64,000 nucleotides of DNA from Nitrospirota bacterium (lineage in GTDB: Bacteria > Nitrospirota > UBA9217). Below are positions 14,536 to 23,782 of this stretch, piece after piece (the stretch's first letter is position 1; each line of letters starts with the position of its first letter). The DNA is taken from positions 320,001 to 384,000 of the forward strand of contig CAWIYV010000007.1 in the NCBI GenBank assembly GCA_963840455.1, given 5' to 3'. The notes beneath the pieces were generated by a model. That model did not search any database. It saw only the letters and a program-made list of their open reading frames with translations, and was not told where the DNA came from. The position numbers and the translations under genes are program-made.

Positions 14536-15797
14536 CATTCACCACCCTGGGCTGCAAGATCAACCAGTACGAGACCGACGCCATGCGGCAGGCAGCTGCA
14601 GCCGAAGGAAACTCCATCGTCCCCTTTGATGCCGAGGCCGACGTGTACGTGATCAACACCTGTTCGGTAACAGCGAAAAGCGATTATCAATGCCGGCAGG
14701 CGATACGGGCCGCAATACGCCGCGGGGAGGGGGCCAGGGTCATCGTGACGGGATGCTACGCGGAAACACGGCCCCAGGAGATCAGGGACATCCCCGGCGT
14801 TGCAATGGTACTTGGGAATGGAGAGAAAACGAGCATCACCCGATACTTGTCAGCATCAGCAGGCGTTAGTCATGTGCTCGCCTCGGATCACCATGAGGCG
14901 GTGAAGGGGAGGACGCGAGGATTTCTCAAGATCCAGGATGGCTGCGACAGCCGCTGCACGTACTGCATCGTCCCCCTGGCGAGGGGAGCATCGCGGAGCG
15001 TTCCCCGTGGAGAGATCATAAGAATGTTCGATCAGGCTATCGACGCGGCCTGTCCCGAGGTGGTATTGAGCGGCATCCACATCGGGCGATACGGCCAGGA
15101 TCTTGTGCCGCGGGAGTCCCTGACCGTCCTCGTCCGGGACCTGCTTGCCAGAAAAAAACAAGCCCGCATCCGGCTGAGCTCGATAGAACCCAACGAGGTT
15201 ACCGATGATCTGATCAGCATGTTCGGCCACGGGCTGTGCAGGCACCTTCATATACCGCTTCAAAGCGGCGATGATGCAATTTTACGTTCCATGAACCGCA
15301 CCTATGGGTCCGTCCTCTATCGAGAACTGGTAGAGACCGTCGCCATGAAGGTACCCGATATTGCCATTGGCGCTGATGTGATGGTAGGGTTTCCGGGTGA
15401 GGGGGAAAAACAGTTTCAGAACACCTATGATCTTGTGGAAGACCTGCCTCTCACCCATCTTCACGTGTTCAGTTTTTCACCAAGGCCGGGAACGCCGGCC
15501 GCCGCTATGAAAGGACAGGTGCCGGAGAGGACCAAAAAGGAACGAAACGAGACGCTTAGGGCCCTTGCATTCAAGAAAAATCTTGCTTTCCGGGAAGGGC
15601 TTAAAGGGAAGACGCTCGGGATAATATTGGAAGAGGGCCAGATGACCGGGACGGGAATGAGCTCCGGATTGACCGACAATTATGTCCGTGTTCATGTTTC
15701 TGGGGTACAAAAAGCTAATATTGGCAGAGAAATCAACATCTGCATCAAGGATATCCATGAAACTGGTGTAAGCGGGGGTATAGACGTAACTGATTGA
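14526..15797 (+). CDS. mtaB: tRNA N6-threonylcarbamoyladenosine methylthiotransferase
   Basis: TLGCKINQYET, INTCSVT, LKIQDGCDSRCTYC, RLSSIEP, HVFSFSPRPGT. Confidence 0.9.
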   Translation: MRVAFTTLGCKINQYETDAMRQAAAAEGNSIVPFDAEADVYVINTCSVTAKSDYQCRQAIRAAIRRGEGARVIVTGCYAETRPQEIRDIPGVAMVLGNGEKTSITRYLSASAGVSHVLASDHHEAVKGRTRGFLKIQDGCDSRCTYCIVPLARGASRSVPRGEIIRMFDQAIDAACPEVVLSGIHIGRYGQDLVPRESLTVLVRDLLARKKQARIRLSSIEPNEVTDDLISMFGHGLCRHLHIPLQSGDDAILRSMNRTYGSVLYRELVETVAMKVPDIAIGADVMVGFPGEGEKQFQNTYDLVEDLPLTHLHVFSFSPRPGTPAAAMKGQVPERTKKERNETLRALAFKKNLAFREGLKGKTLGIILEEGQMTGTGMSSGLTDNYVRVHVSGVQKANIGREINICIKDIHETGVSGGIDVTD

Positions 15798-16072
15798 AAT
15801 ATAAATAATCTTTATGGTCAATTATTGTGCATATTGCATATTATACATTATTAAAGCATCAGGAAAAAACGTTTTCACAGGGTTAATAACAGGTTGTTCA
15901 CAGATACTGTGAAAAGGATGGATAACCTTCGGCTTTGTATGTTCTTTTGCTGGTGATGAATTGGATGATGATACGAAACAGTGTTCTCAATGACAAAAAA
16001 GCATGCAGTGATGCGCACACTACTGGATTTGCCTAATCTTATTGTTGAGGTTTGGTAACGCATAGTGATGGA
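15798..16072. other. AT-rich intergenic region with a DnaA-box-like cluster (candidate oriC or DnaA-titration site)
   Basis: Near-matches to TTWTNCACA at 15826-34 (minus), 15871-79, 15883-91, 15894-902, 15908-16 (minus) and 15917-25 (minus), next to an AT-rich stretch at 15798-15870. Confidence 0.5.
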
Positions 16073-17140
16073 TCACTTCTCTACCGCTAAAATATTGTAA
16101 CACGTGTCCCGCTGTGCCGGCGTATAGCCGGCGTCCTTGATAATGCTCACGATCTCTTGCCGCGACATTCTGAAGGCAACCCCTGCAGCAGCAACGACAT
16201 TTTCCTCGATCATCGTACTTCCAAAATCATTGGCTCCGAACTCAAGGGCGACCTGTGCGATCTTGGCCCCCTGGGTCACCCACGAAGCCTGGATGTTCAA
16301 GAAATTGTCGAGCATGATCCTCGACAGAGAGAGGACCTTCAAGTATTCTACCGCTGTTGCCGGACGACCCCCCAGTTCCGTGTTTCCGGGCTGATAGGTC
16401 CATGGAATGAAAGCCGTGAATCCCCGGGTCTCGTCCTGGAGGTCCCTGAGCCGCACCATATGCCGGACGATCTCTTCCTGGGTCTCGAGACTGCCGAACA
16501 TCATGGTCGCCGTGGTAGGCATGCCGAGCCGTTGAGCTTCCTTCATGACCTCCATCCACTCCCGCCAGCGGATCTTGTTGGGGCTGACCTTCTCACGGAC
16601 GCGGTCCACGAGGATCTCGGCCCCTCCGCCCGGGATAGAGTCCAGGCCCGCGGCCTTCAGCCGCTTCAGGGCAGCCGTGATGCTGATCTTCGCCTTCTTT
16701 GCGACATAGGATATCTCAGAGGGCGAAAGTGAATGGATCTGGATGGTGAAACGGGATTTAATGGACGAGAAAAGGTCCTCGAAGTATTCGATGCCGAGGT
16801 CGGGATGCACGCCACCCTGCATGAGGATTTGGGTACCGCCCAGGTCGATGGTCTCCTCGATCTTCTTGAAGATCTCGTCCCGCGTAAGGACATACGCTTC
16901 GGGACTGCCCGCTTCCCGGTAGAACGCGCAGAACTTGCACTTGTTCACACAGATGTTCGTGTAGTTGATGTTCCGGTCGACGATGAAGGTCACTATCCGT
17001 TCCGGATGGAGCCGCTTTCGCACACTTCCGGCGAGTTCGCCCAGCGCCAGGAGGTCGGCCTGCCGGAGGAGGGCAAGGCCTTCATCGGCGTCGAGCCGTT
17101 CGTTCCCGGCGACCTTTCTCGCTATGTTCTCTATTCCCAT
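16073..17140 (-). CDS. mqnC: Cyclic dehypoxanthinyl futalosine synthase
   Basis: VDRNINYTNIC.NKCKFCAF, LMQGG.HP, PGGGAEIL, ATMMFG, QASWVTQG, GSTMIEENVV. Confidence 0.93.
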   Translation of the reverse strand: MGIENIARKVAGNERLDADEGLALLRQADLLALGELAGSVRKRLHPERIVTFIVDRNINYTNICVNKCKFCAFYREAGSPEAYVLTRDEIFKKIEETIDLGGTQILMQGGVHPDLGIEYFEDLFSSIKSRFTIQIHSLSPSEISYVAKKAKISITAALKRLKAAGLDSIPGGGAEILVDRVREKVSPNKIRWREWMEVMKEAQRLGMPTTATMMFGSLETQEEIVRHMVRLRDLQDETRGFTAFIPWTYQPGNTELGGRPATAVEYLKVLSLSRIMLDNFLNIQASWVTQGAKIAQVALEFGANDFGSTMIEENVVAAAGVAFRMSRQEIVSIIKDAGYTPAQRDTCYNILAVEK

Positions 17141-18204
17141 ATCCGGACCGTATTATAGACCGTGTCCCGCTCCACCGGCTTCTTACCGGCCTGCCTGATG
17201 AGGTCTACCAGCTCATCACGGGTCATGCTCCCGTCCGTGGTCCCGCCCGCCATCCTGGTGATGCGCTCCTCCACGACCGTGCCGTCGATATCGTCAACGC
17301 CGAAGCTGAGCGAGACTTGAGTGATCTTCTCTCCCAGCATGACCCAGTAGGCCTTGATGTGATCGAAGTTGTCGAGCAGAAGCCGCGAGATAGCAAGGGT
17401 CTTGAGATCGTCAAAACCGGTGGTATAGGACGATTTCTTGATCTCCGTATTCTGGGAATGGAAGCTCAGGGGGATGAAGGCCTGGAACCCGCCTGTCCGG
17501 TCCTGAAGTTCCCGCAGCCGGATAAGGTGATCGACGCGGTCCTCGACGGTCTCGATGTGGCCATAGAGCATCGTGGCATTGGACTTGAGGCCGATCCCAT
17601 GGGCGATCTCCATAATTTCAAGCCATCGGTCGCCGCTGATCTTTTCAGCGCAGAGCGAAGTGCGAACGGCCGGGTTGAAGATCTCGGCGCCGCCTCCGGG
17701 CAGGGACCCGAGGCCTTCTTCGCGGAGAGCAAGCAGGGTGTCCTTAAGACCGAGGCCTGAGAGCTTCGCAAGATAGTCGATCTCCACTGCGGTGAAGGCC
17801 TTGATGTGGATGTGAGGGGATTCCTTTTTGAGCGCGCGGAGCATGTCGAGATACCAGGAAAAGGGGAGGTCAGGATGGAGACCGGACACGATATGGAACT
17901 CCCGGACCCCGGGACCGGCGTTCCGGGCCTTGTTCACGATGTCCTCTATCGACATTTCGTACGCGCCTGCCTCTCCCTTGCTCCTGCTGAACGCGCAGAA
18001 CTTGCACCGGTTCACGCAGAGATTCGTGGGATTAATGTGCATGTTCTGAACGAAGTAGACCCGGTCGGCGTTCTTTCGCGAGGCTGCGTGGGAGGCCAAT
18101 CTGCCGAGGAAGAGGAGGTCATGGGATGTGAAGAGGGCGATGCCATCTTCCCTCGAAAGACGTTGATTCGATAATACTTTTTCTCTGATCTGATCTTGAT
18201 CCAT
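17131..18204 (-). CDS. mqnE: Aminofutalosine synthase
   Basis: HINPTNLC.NRCKFCAF, HIVSGLHP, IKAFTAVEI, NATMLYGHIE, HIKAYW, DGTVVEERI. Confidence 0.93.
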   Translation of the reverse strand: MDQDQIREKVLSNQRLSREDGIALFTSHDLLFLGRLASHAASRKNADRVYFVQNMHINPTNLCVNRCKFCAFSRSKGEAGAYEMSIEDIVNKARNAGPGVREFHIVSGLHPDLPFSWYLDMLRALKKESPHIHIKAFTAVEIDYLAKLSGLGLKDTLLALREEGLGSLPGGGAEIFNPAVRTSLCAEKISGDRWLEIMEIAHGIGLKSNATMLYGHIETVEDRVDHLIRLRELQDRTGGFQAFIPLSFHSQNTEIKKSSYTTGFDDLKTLAISRLLLDNFDHIKAYWVMLGEKITQVSLSFGVDDIDGTVVEERITRMAGGTTDGSMTRDELVDLIRQAGKKPVERDTVYNTVRIWE

Positions 18205-18254
18205 GATTAAGTTATGTGAGAACGCGCCGCAATGAGGTAAGACGGGCGAGGAGT

Positions 18255-19493
18255 CTACGTTTGCTCAGATTTTTCCGGTAGATAAATGATTTTCCCGTTC
18301 ACCATACTCATAATACAGGATTTCGTTTCCCTGAGCAAGTCGGAATAGAGGTCTCCCGTATTCTTGCGGGGCAGGGGAACGGCGATGATGTCCGCTTTTT
18401 TCCCCGGCTCAAGACTGCCGATCTCGTCTTCTATACCGAGGGCCTTGGCCCCACCGAGAGTCGCAACGCGGAAGATATCTTCCCGTGTTATTCCACTGCG
18501 CCGATGAATCTGGTAGGCGAAGCGCATTTCATCCCAGAGGTTAAGGCTCGGCGCGCTGGCGAGGCTGTCCGTGCCGATGCCGACGGGGATGCGGGCATCG
18601 AGGAATATTTTCAGGGGCATTTTGCCGACTTTGAGCTCACGGTTACTCCGCGGACAATGGGCAATAGCGGCCCCTGAGCGCTTGATGATGGCGATATCGG
18701 CGTCATCGGCATGGACCGCATGGACAGCGAGGAACCGTTTGCCGAGTATCTTCAGACCGTATAGGTAGCGGAACGCAGAGTCGGCTGCGGGGGCCCATGC
18801 GCGCTGCCAGCCTGCAGCGCGGTACAAGATGTCAAGGCTGCCGGGCTTCCCGCGGAGCAGCATTCGTTCATCGGTTGTCTCAGCAATATGCATACAGAGA
18901 GGGAGATCGTTCCGACGTGCTCTGTCCCGCACATAGGTGAGGACCGCCTCGGACACCGTATGAGGCGTGTGGGGAGAAAGACCGAAGTGAACGAGGCCCG
19001 AACGCCAGGCGGGAAAGGCGGGGAGCACCTTTTTCCAGCCGGTCGGCTGCATCGCGATGACCTCAAAGTAGACCACAGTACGCATGCCGCTCTTCCGCAG
19101 GATATCCGGACTGATGCCGTGAGTGCATATCTCCGTCACAGTGGTCGTGCCGCTCCTCATGAGCGTTTCGATGTTCTCCGTGACCGCATACCGGAGATCT
19201 TCCCGGGACAGTCGCGACTTGGCGCGAAGCAGGCGCAGGACCCACTCGGCGTAGTTCTCTGTTCGAGACGGCCGGATCATCGGCGGCAATTCAAGATGTG
19301 TATGGGCATTAATCAGACCGGGTATTAGGGCGGCGTTCGGAAAGGAGTAAATGTGGTGGTGCGGATACTTTCTGATAACCATATCCCGCGGGCCGACAGC
19401 GAGAATCGTTCCTCGTTCTATTGCGATAGCGCCGTTCCTGGCCGGCTCGCTTTCGCTCCGTAAGGTGAGCATCAGAGGGGACGTGATGATCAT
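18255..19493 (-). CDS. Metal-dependent amidohydrolase, probable aminodeoxyfutalosine deaminase
   Basis: PGLINAHTHLE, HIAET..E, HCPRSN, GTDSLAS, GSLEPGKKAD; first gene of the mqnE-mqnC unit. Confidence 0.75.
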   Translation of the reverse strand: MIITSPLMLTLRSESEPARNGAIAIERGTILAVGPRDMVIRKYPHHHIYSFPNAALIPGLINAHTHLELPPMIRPSRTENYAEWVLRLLRAKSRLSREDLRYAVTENIETLMRSGTTTVTEICTHGISPDILRKSGMRTVVYFEVIAMQPTGWKKVLPAFPAWRSGLVHFGLSPHTPHTVSEAVLTYVRDRARRNDLPLCMHIAETTDERMLLRGKPGSLDILYRAAGWQRAWAPAADSAFRYLYGLKILGKRFLAVHAVHADDADIAIIKRSGAAIAHCPRSNRELKVGKMPLKIFLDARIPVGIGTDSLASAPSLNLWDEMRFAYQIHRRSGITREDIFRVATLGGAKALGIEDEIGSLEPGKKADIIAVPLPRKNTGDLYSDLLRETKSCIMSMVNGKIIYLPEKSEQT

Positions 19494-19498
19494 GTCCG

Positions 19499-19527
19499 AT
19501 GCTACCAGCCGTGCATGAGCAAGTCAA
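19499..19527 (-). promoter_or_regulatory. sigma70 promoter, probably giving a leaderless amidohydrolase-mqnE-mqnC mRNA
   Basis: Minus strand TTGACT-17 bp-TAGCAT (TG extended), then 5 nt, then the ATG at 19493. Confidence 0.55.
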
Positions 19528-19570
19528 TCTGAAAAATGAGATTTCTACGGTACCCCTTCAGGAAAAGCGC

Positions 19571-19599
19571 TTGCCATGCCATAGGTTATTGTATAGAAT
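19571..19599 (+). promoter_or_regulatory. sigma70-type promoter upstream of the TMTC-like gene
   Basis: TTGCCA-17 bp-TAGAAT. Confidence 0.5.
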
Positions 19600-19816
19600 G
19601 CTCGTCACAAGCGACCTGAGGAATGGGTATGTCTGCGTTATCCTGAAGGATCTGAAATGATCAAGTCGATCACGTGGCCTGATCATCAGGGGACGGGAGC
19701 ACATCGGAGATGGTAATCTCCGGCGAGCAGTTCACGAGGTGTAGCGGCACTATACGGGCAGGCGCAACCGCGGAAACAAGGATCGCGTATTCCGGCATCT
19801 GCAATATCAGACCCAG

Positions 19817-22000
19817 ATGGTGAATCCTATGATGATGAATCCATCCACGCTGAACAGCGACAGACCATCTCTTTTTTCAGACGCGCGCGTGCACGCGGCG
19901 ATCCTGGTCCTTGCCGTCGGTATCGTGTATTCCAATACGTTGGGGAATGGTTTCGTATGGGACGATACGATCCTGTTCATCGGCAAGGAGTTCTATGCAT
20001 CATTCGGCGTGCTGAAGGTTCTGTCCACGGGCTGGCACCGGGTAGAGTATTTGCCCGTCCGTGATATGACCTACATCGCCGATCACGCTCTCTGGGGCTG
20101 GAGCCCATTCGGATTTCACCTGACCAATGTGGTCTTCTTCGCTTTAACGGTCGTGGTCGTTTATGCTCTTTCCGTTGAGATCATTTCATTGCTCCAGCGG
20201 TATGCATCTTCGGCATACTCTGAGGATATCGCAAAACCCGCTGCGCTGTTCATCGCCACGCTCTTCGCCGTGCACCCGTTGCAGAGCCAGCCGGTGAGCT
20301 TTGTCACCTGCCGGAATGTGCTCGTGTCGGGACTTTTCTTCTTCCTTTCCCTGGTCCTGTTCCTCCGGCACCTTGACCTTCAGGGTCAGCGGGCTGGTCG
20401 ATTATCCTACCTTTTGTCCCTCCTGTGCTTCTCCCTGGCGGTGCTCTCGAAGGCAACTGTCATCATCCTGCCGATGATCCTGATCGTCATCGTCCTTGTC
20501 AACGCGAAGCAGAAGAAGATCCCTGCGCTCGTCTTGGTCCTCCCATTTGCTGTTCTTTCAGTGGTCTTCTATGTATTACATAAACAGGTCGCGGTTCAGG
20601 CAAAGCTGATCAGAGAAGACCTGTTCGAGTTTGGCATCCACAATACTGCGATGACGGTGGCGAAAGCTGTCCAAATTCCGTTCTTCTATCTGTACAAGGC
20701 TGTGTTCCCTAAGGACCTTATTGCCGAGTACGACATCACCTTCATCAGGTCGTTGTTCCATCCTGTTGTTCTCATCGCATTGGCCGCGCTCTTCTGCGGT
20801 GCCTGGTTAGCATGGAAGTATCGGCGGTCCCAGCCTGCTGTGCTCTTCGGATTCCTGTGGTTCATTGTGACATTGATTCCCGTAATGAATTTCTATCCAA
20901 CGAGGCCTGTTGTCGCAGACCGATACGCTTTTCTTCCGTTGTATGGTATCTTCCTTCCTTTGGGACTCTATACGGCAATGCTTCTGCGGTCTCGAATGCG
21001 TCATGCAGTGATCGTCGTTGCATGTGCTCTGGTTATTCTCCTCGCGTACCTTGCCCATGGACAGAACAGGATATGGGAATCCGATATAACGCTCTGGACA
21101 GATGCCGCGTCCAAGGCCCCGCAGTCGTTCAAGCCATACGCGAACCTTGGGTATGCTTATCGCAAGGCGGGCGATCGAGCGAAGTCCGATGAAATGTTCC
21201 GTATGGCCGGAGAGATGGAACCGTCATTTGCGGATCACGAGTATCTGCGCGGCATCGAAGCCTACCGGGCAAAGGACTATCCCGCGGCCATTCGGTGGTT
21301 TGAGAACGCGCTCATGCGAAAGCCCGGTCTCATCAGAGCATTGTTCTATACAGGACTTGCCTATGATCGTTCGGGAGATCACGAACAGGCCATGAAATAT
21401 CTTCTCGATATCCGCGAGTCTCCTGAATATGATATTGATAACTACAGGGCGGGTGCTGTTCACTATATCAATAACTATCTCATGCCCCGATTTGCACCAA
21501 TGCTGGATGATCTGAAGCGAGCTGCCGAAGTGGCTCCAGAAGATCACCTCCGATGGGTCCGATTGGCTGACGCCATGATCTCCTCTGGCCAGGACGATGA
21601 AGCTGCCAAAATATACCGGAAGCTTGTAGAGCAGGGGAAAGCGGATTGGTCCGTTCATTATCATTTGGGCGAGATATCCCGTCGGGCAGGGGATCAGGCT
21701 ATCGCCATCACTCAGTATACGAAAAGCCTGGAAATGCGGAAACCGAACTGCGAAGTCTCCTGCCGTCTGGGAACGCTCTTTATGAAACGTCGGGAGCACG
21801 ATGCTGCTGAGCGGATTCTGAAAAGCGTACTTAGGGATGATCCGTCATGCGCTGATGCAAGGTTCCATCTTGCTGTTTCCTATTTTCAACGGGGCAATGC
21901 TGATCAAGCACGTATCGAGTTCACTGGCCTGGAAAGAAGTTACCCAGGCAACTATCCGGTTAAGCCTTATATAAGCAGAATACCTGCACCTGTATATTGA
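19817..22000 (+). CDS. TMTC/XapA-like multi-TM GT-C glycosyltransferase with C-terminal TPR repeats
   Basis: Y.N.L.N.FVWDD, Y.P, GFHLTNV, LFAVHP, LSK, ADRYAFLP, N.IW.SD..LW, then several TPRs. Confidence 0.8.
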   Translation: MVNPMMMNPSTLNSDRPSLFSDARVHAAILVLAVGIVYSNTLGNGFVWDDTILFIGKEFYASFGVLKVLSTGWHRVEYLPVRDMTYIADHALWGWSPFGFHLTNVVFFALTVVVVYALSVEIISLLQRYASSAYSEDIAKPAALFIATLFAVHPLQSQPVSFVTCRNVLVSGLFFFLSLVLFLRHLDLQGQRAGRLSYLLSLLCFSLAVLSKATVIILPMILIVIVLVNAKQKKIPALVLVLPFAVLSVVFYVLHKQVAVQAKLIREDLFEFGIHNTAMTVAKAVQIPFFYLYKAVFPKDLIAEYDITFIRSLFHPVVLIALAALFCGAWLAWKYRRSQPAVLFGFLWFIVTLIPVMNFYPTRPVVADRYAFLPLYGIFLPLGLYTAMLLRSRMRHAVIVVACALVILLAYLAHGQNRIWESDITLWTDAASKAPQSFKPYANLGYAYRKAGDRAKSDEMFRMAGEMEPSFADHEYLRGIEAYRAKDYPAAIRWFENALMRKPGLIRALFYTGLAYDRSGDHEQAMKYLLDIRESPEYDIDNYRAGAVHYINNYLMPRFAPMLDDLKRAAEVAPEDHLRWVRLADAMISSGQDDEAAKIYRKLVEQGKADWSVHYHLGEISRRAGDQAIAITQYTKSLEMRKPNCEVSCRLGTLFMKRREHDAAERILKSVLRDDPSCADARFHLAVSYFQRGNADQARIEFTGLERSYPGNYPVKPYISRIPAPVY

Positions 22001-22007
22001 TTCGTGG

Positions 22008-22022
22008 TGACAAATTATGTCA
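22008..22022. promoter_or_regulatory. Palindromic enhancer-like site upstream of the pilin promoter (PilR-type activator candidate)
   Basis: TGACA-AATTA-TGTCA dyad about 75-85 bp upstream of the sigma54 box, with extra GTCA half-sites near 22034 and 22056. Confidence 0.5.
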
Positions 22023-22094
22023 TATGGAATGCCGTCATATGTAAATATAAACGCTTGTCATAGTTTAACTTATTGTTATATAAAGAGAATATAT

Positions 22095-22110
22095 TGGCAT
22101 ATAATCTGCA
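22095..22110 (+). promoter_or_regulatory. sigma54 (-24/-12) promoter of the pilin gene
   Basis: TGGCATATAATCTGCA gives GG-N10-GC. An IHF-like 13-mer (one mismatch, minus strand) lies at 22066-22078. Confidence 0.75.
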
Positions 22111-22237
22111 TTAAGAACGGTGAAGCAACAAAGAGCTTGAGGTCTCAAAGGAGGTGAGTACACCCATACGGCCTTAAGCACAAAAATAGATAAGTATCAT
22201 GGTGTAAATTCACTAAATCGTTATGGGAGGTAAGACT

Positions 22238-22441
22238 ATGTTGAAGAATAAGAAAGGTTTTACGCTTATCGAACTCCTCATCGTGGTGGCCATCATCGCC
22301 ATCCTTGCGGCAGTCGCCATTCCGCAGTTCGCGTCATATCGTGTGAAGGCATACAACGCAGCTGCCCAAAGCGATCTCAGAAATTTCAAGACTCAGATGG
22401 AATCTGCAATGGTGGACAATCAGCAATATCCCACATTCTAA
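22238..22441 (+). CDS. pilA: Short type IVa pilin, PilA-N type (60 aa mature)
   Basis: Class III signal KKG|FTLIE, AIPQF, YRVKAYN, SDLRN, ending YPTF; SD GGGAGGT before ATG 22238. Confidence 0.92.
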   Translation: MLKNKKGFTLIELLIVVAIIAILAAVAIPQFASYRVKAYNAAAQSDLRNFKTQMESAMVDNQQYPTF

Positions 22442-22478
22442 CAATGGCTGTTACTTTCTGAAAAAGGAGATTACAATT

Positions 22479-22814
22479 ATGAAGAAAATACTGCTAGTAT
22501 CCATGGCAATGATTCTGACGCTGGCCGTTGCTGCGCCTGCCTTTGCTGTGTCAACATTTTGCGCTACTGGCTGCACTTACCAAAAGTCGGACATGGGCGG
22601 AGGATCCTATTCGCCTTCAACGAATGTTCAGTTAAAAGTATTTGCCACGGCAACTTCGTACTGCGCGGGCTCAGTTCACAAGAGTTCAACGGTCAACAAC
22701 AAGGGCAAGGAATTCGCTACATTAAGCACTGACAGCACTTTGAGAGAGCGACCTGTAACTGTTGATACAGGAATACCGCAGGGTTGTACCAATGAAACTA
22801 CTCCCGCGTTTTAG
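22479..22814 (+). CDS. Secreted pilin partner, PilA-C-like
   Basis: Sec signal ending AFA; YSPSTNV...Y...S.H...KEF motif; four Cys; immediately follows the truncated pilin. Confidence 0.7.
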   Translation: MKKILLVSMAMILTLAVAAPAFAVSTFCATGCTYQKSDMGGGSYSPSTNVQLKVFATATSYCAGSVHKSSTVNNKGKEFATLSTDSTLRERPVTVDTGIPQGCTNETTPAF

Positions 22815-22991
22815 CACAAAGGAGTCTTTGAAAATATTGCTAACATGATCAAAAGCGAAGCGTGTTTTTGTCGAGCACTATAAGCTCTGCAAATTCATTA
22901 CATAAAGGTTCTCGCTGATGCATATACCGAGGGTTGATGCTGTTTATCAACCCTCGCTCTTTTATTACGGACGTTAGGGAAGGTATAAACA

Positions 22992-23782
22992 ATGTTCGGC
23001 ATCGCTGCAATAACGATCAAAGGTGTCTTTCGCGATAAGGTCTTCCGAGGGATCCTAATGACTGCGCTCGCATTTATGGTCATTCCCTCGATCAGCAGCC
23101 TTTCCATGCGACAGGTCACGGCATTATCCATGACCCTATCTTTGTCTCTCATCTCATTCATCCTGTTGCTGCTTTCCATTTTTTTAGGCGGGACGTCGCT
23201 CTGGAAAGATATGGACCGTCGTTATACCATAAGCGTCCTGAGCCTGCCAATAACGCGCACGTCCTATGTCATAGGAAAATTCCTCGGCGTTGCGGGGTTT
23301 ACCCTTCTCACAACACTATTGCTGGGCGTTGTCGCGTTCGTTGTGATCTGGTATGTCGCGAGCGTTTATCCCCCCGATAGCCCGATCGCGCTTATAAATT
23401 TTTTATTCGCAGTCATTTTTGACGCCCAAAAGTACATTCTGCTCATAGCCTGTGCGTTTCTGTTTTCCACCGTGAGCACTTCTTTTTTTCTGCCCATTTT
23501 CGGTTCCATTTCCCTCTTCTTCGTTGGTTCCGCCACACAGCAGGTCTTTGATTATGTCACATCTCCGGCGGGAGATGCCTTTTCCCCTTTTTCCATAAAG
23601 TCGTCACGCTTCTCTATTATGTTCTGCCTAATTTCAGTGTGTTCGACTTGAAGGTAAATGCCATTTATGGAGTCGCTCTATCGCTATCCGGGCTTTCACT
23701 GGTCAGCGGGTATTTTCTTATTTATACCGCATTGCTCCTGACAATATCGTCGATCATCTTCTCCAGGCGAGAAATACAGTGA
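22992..23782 (+). CDS. ABC-2 type permease (XapB-like), apparent frameshift at the T run near 23588-23592
   Basis: RRYT...LSLPITR..Y.IGKFLG. A second frame continues YYVLPNFSVFDLKV to a TGA at 23782 that overlaps the next GTG. Confidence 0.8.

Noticed and set aside
22238-22441. Claim that this pilin forms a conductive nanowire
   Set aside because: Conductivity cannot be inferred from sequence. The e-pilus model is disputed and no multiheme cytochrome gene is in the window.
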